Part shown: piece by piece, positions 52,658 through 64,000 of the stretch
How positions within the stretch are numbered: position 1 is the stretch's first letter
How the letters are laid out: each line of letters begins with the position of its first letter
DNA from: Octopus vulgaris
Taxonomy: Eukaryota
Assembly (NCBI GenBank): GCA_951406725.2
Contig: OX597832.1
Location: 12,400,001-12,464,000 of the forward strand
DNA length: 64,000 nt
Direction: 5' to 3'
Notes under the pieces: model-generated
What the model was told of the DNA's origin: nothing
Databases searched by the model: none
What the model saw: only the letters and a program-made list of their open reading frames with translations
Program-made: the position numbers and the translations under genes

Positions 52658-53317
52658 CACATATAATTGTGCTTATATATGTTTGGGTAATAGATGAGTC
52701 AATGTAAATGGATAAAAATATATAAAAAAAAGGTGCTGTTTGAAATATGAGTAACACATCAGCAACAACAAATGCATTGGAAAAAACTGTAAACTAATAA
52801 TGCAATATGTCAAATGATAAGGTAAACATAAATTTTATCAACAATGTTACCAGCAGCATCCCTATACATCACTATCATCAACAATGCCAAAAACACCACA
52901 CAACCTTCAACAACAACAACAACAACAACAACAATACTAAAAATCAAACAACACCAACAACATGGACAATAACCAACGCAACAACACAGAAACGGTAGTA
53001 GGAAGAGTATATAAGTAGTTGAAAATTTCAAAATAAAACAACAAAATATATATAACAGGGAAATATAAAACAAAAGTTTCGGTTCTCTTTTTTGCTATTT
53101 TATTTTCCATTGCCAGTTTGAGGAATAAACAGGAAATGTTCTGCCAAACAACATTCTTTCATTATTTAATTTCTAATAGTAAAACCATCAAGCGTATGAG
53201 TTACGAAAATAGCATATTATCGCTAAATAACATCCCAAAACAAACCTTCAGAAAACAAGTTAACGCCAGACTGTGTTTTTCTGTATGTTAAAGCTATTAT
53301 TATTATTATTATTATTA

Positions 53318-53349
<32 letters not shown>

Positions 53350-54065
53350 GTTATTACTAAGTTATTTTTTCTGGCTCTGTGTTTTTTCCTAATCGTCAGC
53401 AAGAGTATCACCGGCGTCGGCGGCGTCGTCGTAATCGTCGCCATCATCATTATCAGCAGCAGCCGCAGCAGATGTATCCTAGCAATCACGAAAATGGCTA
53501 TCAAAAAGATCACTTCGGTCTTAACCATTATCATTGATCAAAATTATGCTACTAATTATGACGATCATCGTTATCATCGTTATCTTCAGTATCATTGTTG
53601 TCATCGTCGTCGTCGTCGTCATCATCGTCATCATCATCATCATCACCCCACTACCATCAGCGCCACCACAGTAATCATCATCATCATAAAGATTGGTTGC
53701 CAACATTTTTCTTATCATCTTTTACTTTGCAATATGAGACAATGATTTTGTTTTTCATTTCTCTTCCTAAAATTGCTTCCTGGGTTTTTAGCCTCACGCT
53801 CTTACAAATGCTCATGTCTATTTTAAACAGTATTTTCATAGGAGAAAGCCTTTCTGTTACTCATTTTCACTTGGCAGATAATCCGGGAATTTAATTCTAC
53901 AAAATTCCACGTGTTAAACTTTATAAATGCGTTATGGTTGATCCAACGATCTATAACATCTTGTCAGTTGATAAATATCTGATTTTAGTGAGAGTTGTAC
54001 AAGAAAACCTACTAAGAAAACCCCTAGTATTTTCATCGATGTTTATTTTTCTCTATCTCACACAA

Positions 54066-54159
54066 AGAAAGCTTTACGTACCTTCTCAAGTAGCGGGGCT
54101 TAAAAGAAATTCTCACTTAGAAAGCTTTATGTACCTTCTCAAGTAGCGGGGCGTTAAAA
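54066..54159. repeat. Direct repeat of ~40 bp, period 53
   Basis: AGAAAGCTTTA(C/T)GTACCTTCTCAAGTAGCGGGGC at 54066 and 54119. Confidence 0.92.
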
Positions 54160-54180
54160 CATCCAATACAGACATACTAG

Positions 54181-54395
54181 AATCCTTTCTACCACAGATA
54201 CAAGGCCTGAAATTTCGTAGGAGAGGACGATTCGATTACATCGACACCAGGGCTCAACTGATAGGTATTCTATCGACCCAAAAAGGATGAAAGGACAAGT
54301 CGACCACGGTGGCATTTGAACGCAGAACGTAAAGACGGATGAAATACCACAAAGCATTTTGCTTCACGTGCTAACGACTCTCTGAACTCGCCGAC
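54181..54395 (-). mobile_element. SINE family A monomer
   Basis: Reverse complement of the head, core and GGCCTTG..GTAGAAAGGATT tail. Confidence 0.85.
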
Positions 54396-55099
54396 TTAAC
54401 AGACACGTAAAATTAATACTCATGCACCAACGTACCTTGTAAACAAACTATCTCTGCGCTCATGCAGATGCATACAACGGGTATATCTGTGTAGTTCATT
54501 TGGGCACATACCCGTAAGTGTCAGAATCCTACATCTCAGGATATAATGTATATGGCATTTATATAAGTGCTCAAATCAAAGAAGAGGCAATGTACTTCTG
54601 ATCCATCCTATGTTGATAAAGTACACACCAGTTCAGTAGACGACTCGTAGGATTTCTATCGATTTAAGGAATTTACACTCCCTTATTTTATAGCCGTATC
54701 TTCTTATCAGCATAGTTTTCTTCCTTTGGGTTTCTTTCCCTTCTTTTCTAAACTTAATCTTCCTCTCTGCCCCATAAACATGTAACACTTAAACATTCTT
54801 ACTCATGCTCCCTGTCTCTCTCTCTCACACACACACAATCACACATTCACACACTCACTCACACACACATTCTCACTTTCTTGCATGTCTCCCCCACTCT
54901 CTCGTTAAATACCTTCACCCATACGTGTGTGTGTGTGTATGACTGTCAGTGTGTGTAATTTTATAAGTAAGTTAATACACATGCATATATAAATGTGTAT
55001 ATGCCTTTATGTAAATACATATTTACAAACCCGCATATAGAGGTATATCTCAAGGTATATGTATGTGTGTATACCTATATATATCTATCTATCCGTCTG

Positions 55100-55144
<45 letters not shown>

Positions 55145-55151
55145 ATATATG

Positions 55152-55186
<35 letters not shown>

Positions 55187-55285
55187 TTATATATACGAGA
55201 AAGAAGCAACAAGAATGGATTAGTTTTTAGTACAATTGTTTCATACAAAGACAGGCTTTATTACAAGTTGCAAAAATTGCAGCAG

Positions 55286-55334
<49 letters not shown>

Positions 55335-55477
55335 CACACACACATATATATATATTGATAGATATATATATATAAATATAAATATAGATATGTTAATGGA
55401 TATATAAATACACATATATACATAAATACATACACGCACACATACACACACATACACACACACACATACACACACAT

Positions 55478-55512
<35 letters not shown>

Positions 55513-55901
55513 CATATTTGGTTTTTGGATTTGGTGTACAATATTCTTTATGTGAGTTCGCGTGTTGAAGCATATTCTGTTATGTCTGGAGAGAGTCATT
55601 TTCTTTTTGTGCCTTATAATGTAACACACTCACCCGTAAAATTTCCACATTATTTTTCTTATTTTTATTTCCCAACAGTATATATATATATATATATATA
55701 TACTTACAGACACACACATACATATATTCATCAAGTGTTGCACCTAACTGGCCTTAGACTAGGTTTCATTTATTACCTCAACACTCTACAACATTCTACA
55801 ACGTTATGTCCCGTTCTCATTCCGTAACATTATTCTTCAATGTCCTATCTCCTACATTATCTTTCCTTGTTCCATATTCATATCGTCTCAAATATTCTAA
55901 C

Positions 55902-55933
<32 letters not shown>

Positions 55934-56309
55934 CCCCCTACTCCTACTCCTACTACTACTACTACTGCTGCTGCCACTACCACAGCTGGTGGTGGTGCTT
56001 CTGTCGGGTCTGCTGCTACTGCTTGCCGTCGAACGCCTAGGAAAATGTTCTTTAATTATTTCTCTACCGACATACGCGTGCCTGTTTAAGCGTATGCTGT
56101 GTTCCTAAGACGCCTCTCACTTCTAATCTCTGCAATATACATTACAATTACGATTGTTAGTCAGACTAAGAAATATTTAAAACTTACTTCCGTTTCCACT
56201 CAACGTACCTTTTTTTTCTTATTATTATTTTCTAAGTTGTTTCCGTGTTTCAGGGTTTATTTTTCTAACTTTACACTGCAACATAACTTAAATACAGAAA
56301 CACTCCCAA

Positions 56310-56342
<33 letters not shown>

Positions 56343-56684
56343 TGTATGTATGTATGTATGTATGTATGTATGCATGCATGTATGTAAATATGTATGTATG
56401 CATATATAGATATATATATGAACACATATATATATATAAAGACACACACATATATATATATATATATATACTGGCACGTGTGTGTGGGTGCACGCGCATG
56501 TGTTAGTGTATGTATATAGCGATGCATTCATATAGAATGTGAACTATAAAAAGAATCCTCAAGAGAGCCAGGTATATTTCTGGCAACGGTTCTTAATCCT
56601 CATTGTTCCACTATACTTCCGCTTAGTCTTGTTAAATAAATGTAAATACCTACCCATACAATTACTCACGCACACACATATATG

Positions 56685-57260
<576 letters not shown>

Positions 57261-58790
57261 CTAATAAACATTTAGTCTTTTGGTATTACATATTCATCTC
57301 TTTGCTTAGTTTTGTACTCCTTTTATGCCTGGCACAAATTCTTTGTGAAATGATCCATGAGGAAGAAAGAAACTTTAAATATTGCAATACAAGATGGAAT
57401 ATTGACGTCAGACATGTTTATTAAGCTAGTAGAATATGTGATTGCATTATTTACTAAAAATATTGATAATACTTGTTATAGACCGTGTCATCCTTTCTAG
57501 GAAAATCTGAGTTATACATTATATGTCGCCAAAAGATGTTTTTCCTACAGATCTTTTGGCAGATTTAATAGTCTGAGTTTAGCCGCAAAAACTCGTAAAA
57601 CTTGCCATGACAAACTTAATATACAAAGAGAAATAACTTATTTTGTTAGTGACTATAGAACTTGGCCGAATCACCTCCCATACATATTTCATATGAAATT
57701 CAGTTTCTGCTAAAATGTCAAGCTTGTGGCTTGCTTTGGCTAAGAAAATCAGACCATGTACTGAGTAATAAGTTCTGACTTTATTAGTGACTTTTGGATA
57801 CAGCTTTACGCGCAACATCGTACACGGATTTCAGATTTCTGTGAAGATGATGACATGAAATTATATTCAGTTTTAAATGGTGTGTTTGTGTGCGTTCATG
57901 CCTTTGCAAATGAGTTGAAACCCATGCTTCTAAAGGCATGCGAGTTTATATATACATAAAACAGTTGTGGGTAAGTGTAACTTCCTGTTGGCAGTGAAAT
58001 ACCGAGCGAAACTTAATCAGCGAAGCCTTTCTAAGAAAAATCTGCTATCTGAAAAGGGAATCTGACTAATTTTCTAGGCATAAATTTATCCAAACCGAGA
58101 GCACGAAGAAATACGAAATATAAGGGGAGATATTTAGTCATAATCATAGAATATTTGAACACTATTTCTGGAGATTATTCTATGTAAATCCTATAAAAAT
58201 GTAAGCCAGCATTTTATGGTTGATTGCTGGAAGGGGAAAACCTAAGCACCAGTTGCATTATCATTGATGGACACATTTATAAGGCATAAACCTGATTTGT
58301 CTCATACTCAACTAAACTCTTCAATTCTGAAGTATTTTAGTTATATCTAGGATTCAAACATGACGTAAGATATTGCTTCAAAACATCAAGCAACCATGAA
58401 TACTTAGATGTCTTTAGTAATTCAATTCATTGCTATTCTGTTTGAAACTCATCCTTGGAAATTTTTTGTGAATAATACTGGAAGGACAGAAAGAAATGAA
58501 ACGGCAACATTCAGAAAACGATTAAGAAAAACAAATGAAAGAACAGGAAAAGCTATTTCAGCCCATCTGTCAGATGCATTCCTATATTTCAATAATACGC
58601 TCTTCTAGCACCATTATTAGTTGATAAGATAAAACAGTGCTGCGAGATACGCATTGCTTTTTTTCTTTTTTTTCTTCTTATATTGTGAAAAATCTTCTAA
58701 ATATTTTTATAAGCAATCCTAACATTTCCTACTCTGGATGTAGACTAAAGTGTTAAAATATTTTGTTATATATGCTTCTAAAATAGTATA

Positions 58791-59004
<214 letters not shown>

Positions 59005-59006
<2 letters not shown>

Positions 59007-59302
59007 GGATCAAACAGATTTAAAAAAAGAACGGGCAGGAACAAGTTGATGAATGGTGGAGCCAGAAGCATCTTAATGGACAGTATATACTTCGAAGCCG
59101 AAATGTAGATGTAGACCAAGCAGCAACCCATCAGGGTCTGAGAGGCTCAGACCTGAAAGCAAAGGCTGAGAGTTTCGTATTAGCGACACAGCACCAAAGA
59201 TTGCTTACCAAAAACTACCAGGCTAACATTCTTCAACACGGTTCTGACCCTAGATGCAGATTCTGCGATATATTTGACGAAACACTGCGCCATCTCGTAT
59301 AA
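59005..59302 (+). mobile_element. Fragment of an R4/Dong-clade non-LTR retrotransposon (restriction-like endonuclease type), post-RT region with zinc knuckle
   Basis: Open frame 59024-59299, absent from the ORF track because it has no early start codon: KKNGQEQVDEWWSQKHLNGQYILRSRNVDVDQAATHQGLRGSDLKAKAESFVLATQHQRLLTKNYQANILQHGSDPRCRFCDIFDETLRHLV*. It matches the pattern W..K.LHGQY / VD...T..WL....LK.ETEG.I.AAQDQ.L.T.NY / CR.C....ET..HI typical of R4/Dong/Rex6 elements. Confidence 0.88.
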
Positions 59303-59351
59303 CTCGCTCTATTAGAGAAGAACAGTATTTACATCGGAAAATATGTAAACA

Positions 59352-59705
59352 CTGCGGCCATGCTGGAGCACCACCTTAAGGAGTTCTAGTCAAAGAAATC
59401 GATTCCAGGGTGTATTCTTTGTAAGTCTAGTATTTTATTCTATCGATCCCTCTTGCCGAATCGCTACGTTACGAGGACGTAAGGACACAAATACCAGTTA
59501 TCAAGTGATGGTGGTGGGGGACGAACACAAATGCAAACATACACATACACACACATACTCACACTGACACACACACACATATATATAACGGGCTTCTTTC
59601 AGTTTCCGTCGGCGAAATCAACTCACAAGTTTCCACGAAGTGGAACTATACCCGGAACCACATGGTTGGTAAGCAAGCTTCTTACCACACAGCCACGACT
59701 TTGCC
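59352..59705 (-). mobile_element. SINE family B, diverged, with an internal deletion
   Basis: Collinear with the other family-B copies. Confidence 0.88.
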
Positions 59706-60226
59706 TACAGATATATATGTGTATTTGTGTGTGTGTTTTTATGTGTTTGCGTGTGTGTGAGTCTGTATGTATGTATATACATGTGTATGCGTCTGTGTGT
59801 CTATGAATGTATGTATGTATGTGTGTATATGAACATATATGTATATATGTGTATGTATCAAAATCCGTCCAGTTTCACTAACTCTCCAACGAATTTCCAT
59901 TGAGTTCAAGTCGTATAGCTTCATCGTTTACGTCAATCCTGTTTGTGAAACACTCAGATGCCAAAACTATTTAATAATTATTTAACCGAAGTTATAGGTG
60001 CATCAACGCACACACTGATGCACCAGTATGTTTATACTTTGTAATTTTTTCATATACAAAATTGAAAATAGAAATTTAATGAATCTTCAAAAGTGCAGAG
60101 AATTTTTCACGAAACTCTAATGAACACTGCGACTGTTTGAAGTTATAATGGATTTTGGTTTTATACATTTTTTCAGAAAAAATGTATATAACAGATTTAT
60201 ATTTGCATGGTATAAATTGACAATAT

Positions 60227-60626
60227 GAAAGCCATATCCGCCATTTTGTTTAACAAGTCAGTACATAGATTAGTATTTAGGTAATGGAGATTTCGATAAT
60301 GAAATAAGATGTTTGTTTCGATTCTTGGTATTGAAAGCGTAGTGTGCTTTTTAGTGTGTCATATTGCTAGCTCCCATTTAACAGACAAAGAAAAAAATCT
60401 GCGTATTAAGGGCTGGAAGAGTATCGAAAACTATATCTGCCATTTTGTTTAACAAGACGGTACATAGATCTGCATTTAGGTAATGGAGACTTCGACAATG
60501 GAATAAGATGTTGGTTTCGATTTTTGGTCTTGAAAGCGCGCTGTGCTTTTGAGTGTGTGATGTTGCTCGACTCCATTCAACAGACAAAGAAAAAATCTAT
60601 TTATTAAGGGCTGGAAGAGTATCGAA
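60227..60626. repeat. Diverged 199-bp tandem duplication of otherwise unique sequence
   Basis: GCCATTTTGTTTAACAAG...AACAGACAAAGAAAAAA..TATTAAGGGCTGGAAGAGTATCGAA occurs twice (units start 60227 and 60426). Confidence 0.93.
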
Positions 60627-61215
60627 TTCGGGCATCAATGCAAAAGAGTTACGGCTACGACCAGAGGTTTCATACATATAAAGTAAGCACCTCCATTAGT
60701 GAACTGACATATCCTATTTTTACACCTCATCAGTAATATGAAAGTTCCCAAAATATTTAGAAAATGTGAAACCGAGAGGCACAATCATCAAACGGTGATT
60801 CAAAATCTCAACATACATAACATTTGATAATATTTACTTGCATTCAACTATGCGATAACTAAAACTCCGGGAAAGATACTGTTGAAAAAGATAACCAAAA
60901 TCATACTGAAACACATATAATACAAGACATGCAGGTTATCATCAATAGGATATATGTAATATACTCAACAGTCGCTAAAATTAAAACAACATGGTAAAAG
61001 GAAACGAAAGAGAATTAGAATGAAATAGAGACGATAACGAGGAAGAGATAAGGAAAAGCTGTGTTAAACATAAAAGGGTTTAGGAAAACGTTCGCACCCG
61101 TACAATTTAGGATCAACAAACTGAAAAAGCTCCATGTCTTACGTAAAGCACACTTCCACACCTACACACAAATACGCGCATGCGTGCTTGCGCGCACATA
61201 TACACACACATTCCT

Positions 61216-61590
61216 ATTCTTTTATTTATTTCAGTCATTTGACTGCGGCCATGCTGGGGCACCGCTTTCTAGGGCTTTTCGAGGAACAAATTGGACCGAG
61301 GACTGGTACTTATTCTATTCGTTTCTCTTTGCCGAACCACTAAGTCACGGGGAAGTAAACGCATCAATACCGGTTATCAAGAGCTAGAAGCAGACTAAAA
61401 CTGATATAATGACGCAGACATATACATACATAAATATGCGACGGGCTTCTTTCAGTTTCCATCTTACCAAAGTCACTCACAAGGTTTTAGTCGGCCAAAG
61501 GCTATAGTACACTCGTCCAAGGTTCCAAGCAGTGGGACTGAACCATGTGGTTGGGAAGCAAGCTTCTTACCGCACATCCACGCCTGCTCC
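61216..61590 (-). mobile_element. SINE family B, diverged
   Basis: Tail TTTCAGTCATTTGACTGCGGCCATGCTGG through head GCAAGCTTCTTACCGCACATCCACGCCTGCTCC. Confidence 0.87.
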
Positions 61591-61839
61591 TATATAAGTT
61601 GTATACATATATATATAAATATCAGTGTGTGTGTGTGTTTGTGTGAGTGTTTGAGTACTTATGTGTTTGTGTGTGAGTGTGTTGCATGTTGTAGTTGGTG
61701 TGTTTGTATGAATTGTAAATTCACCAAAAGTGAAGGAAAATTGTTATAAACTGCAAACTCATCTAAAGTCAACTATTACACTCGAGCGCATGCGTACTCA
61801 CACGAGAGGATATGTGTATGTATAAATATATATATATAT

Positions 61840-61894
<55 letters not shown>

Positions 61895-62529
61895 TACACA
61901 AACATATACATATAACAATTGTTCTGGAACCTTCTACACGCAACCGATTTCATACATACTAACACGCTTGGAGAACTCAGAAACAGTAATTCAGAAACTA
62001 AATAGAATCAGTTCGTAAGAGGATAAACAAACAATCCAAAATTGCAGGTTTCTACGAGTTTATTTGGACACATTTAGTCGATCTACAAAGCATCATAAAT
62101 AGAACGTCAATGAAATCCAAACGTCTCTCTCCTTACTCTTACTAAATTGATTGGAGCTTGACTATTTAGACACCAAGTACTACACACAGAATTCAAAGAA
62201 TCATCGCATTTGGTTCGGTTTTCTTTCCTTGCCATTTACTGAGTTTTCTCATTCATTTTACACACATACACACTCACAGACCATACGTACATACACACCG
62301 GCACATACACAAATGTAACATTATATATATATATATATGTGTGTACATATATATTCCTCTATATTGTTTTTCAGTCTCTTGCTATCAATCGCTCGCATGT
62401 ATCTTACTCAATAGTTCCTTTGTTAAGAAAGAATTGCGCAAATGAAGTTGCTGTTAGCCTGTCTGTATTGCATTTTTTTCTTCACTCTGGCATATCGTGC
62501 TCCAATAGACAGATGCACACAAACATATC

Positions 62530-62539
62530 ATATATATAT

Positions 62540-62590
<51 letters not shown>

Positions 62591-62636
62591 TATATAAAGA
62601 CATATATATATATAGAGAGAGAGACATATATATATA

Positions 62637-62678
<42 letters not shown>

Positions 62679-62691
62679 CACATATATATAC

Positions 62692-62722
<31 letters not shown>

Positions 62723-62740
62723 CATAGACATATATACATA

Positions 62741-62771
<31 letters not shown>

Positions 62772-62843
62772 ATATCAACAAAAACGTGTGCATAAACGGA
62801 CAACCACATACAAACACACGCACATACACACATATATACATAC

Positions 62844-62874
<31 letters not shown>

Positions 62875-62900
62875 TATATATATATGTGTGTGTGTGTAAA
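62530..62900. repeat. (AT)n-rich compound microsatellite
   Basis: Directly visible. Confidence 0.95.
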
Positions 62901-64000
62901 TATATATAGGTATATAAGGATTTTTCGAATCTTCTCGTTGTAGGCTTTTATTTTTACTCCAGTAAGAGCACGAAGTACAATACGCTGTGCAAGCACTAGC
63001 AGCAACTTCTTCTTTGATAGTGTGACAGCACACATGTGCAACCAGACACATTAATAATGAGTGCGCATGCGTATGTATATATATGTGCGAGGTTGTGCAA
63101 TTTTCTTGTTGATTTTCTATGTTCTACTTTTCATCTACATTTTATGTACGTACATAATTATATCCGTAGGAGTTTGTACCTTTGTTTCAAGTCGCACAAT
63201 TTATTTCTATTTAACGTAGACCTAGCAGCATTTCTGCATACATCTTTTATTTCTTTTCTCTCCTTCATCTCTCTCTCTATCTCTATCTCTCTCGCTCTCT
63301 CTTTTTCTCTCTTTCCTTCTTTTATGCATACACATGCGCATACATATCTGAACTCATCCATGCGCACATAAATTACATACATTTATGTTTTTTATTATTT
63401 TTCAATAAACGTTGTTTCGTCGTTCACATCGTTGAATGTATTTCACAAGTTCTGCGTGTCTTTACAGACAGATATACAGCAATATACTTACAACGAAATC
63501 TATCTCCAACATATATGTATTCTATGATCTCTAATAGAGCGTGTTCATGAAAACATCCTTTACAGAGCTGGAGTCTGTATGTCTAGTAAACACTATTTTC
63601 CCCCTTATACGTGCAATTACCCACCAATATGTTTATAGGCGTAAATAATTAAAAACACACAAACATCCAAAATTTATTTATACAAATGCGTGTGCGTTTG
63701 TGTGTGTAAGTGTGAATGTATTTGCGTGTGTGTTTGTGTATTCATTAATTAAGCAATATCCATTTGTTTACGTCGCATGTGAAATATATTTACATTTGTC
63801 TTTATAAATTTGTAGATATACTAAATAATGTACCGGACTACAGGTCATAAAATGTTTGCCATTTCTCTTACTAAAGTTAACCTATCGGCAATGCTGAATT
63901 TTAGAGTTGGATCAGACATCTACCAATGACATACGAGAGTTGATTCTTTTATTCTACCTTTAGAATGCCACAGGATGTAGTCTTTTCTCTAAGTACGATC

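Overview
AT-rich eukaryotic DNA that is almost certainly intergenic or intronic. It is saturated with (AT)n, (AC)n, (ATCT)n, (ATAC)n and trinucleotide microsatellites. The repertoire of tRNA-derived SINEs looks like that of Octopus; this is recognition from memory and was not checked by a database search. Nearly all ORFs in the supplied track are microsatellite or SINE translation artefacts, and no host gene can be named. Well-supported content: (i) about 20 copies of four tRNA-headed SINE families (called A-D here), two of them dimeric family-A copies enclosed by one target-site duplication (TSD); (ii) a decayed RTE-clade LINE reverse-transcriptase fragment (-) inside a 97-bp inverted duplication; (iii) an R4/Dong-type non-LTR fragment with a zinc knuckle abutting a (TAA)n tract; (iv) a 417-bp MITE with ~29-bp TIRs and an 8-bp TSD; (v) two tiny (134 and 161 bp) TGTT...AACA elements, each with a perfect 5-bp TSD (solo LTRs or Ginger-type MITEs); (vi) several local tandem duplications and isolated hairpins, two of them pre-miRNA-sized. 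A few phase-compatible candidate exons (13.5-14.4 kb +, 38.7-39.9 kb -, 44.4-46.3 kb -) are reported at low confidence. No CRISPR, rRNA or intact tRNA was found. I cannot demonstrate a new multi-gene system; the best leads are the small mobile-element architectures and the hairpins.
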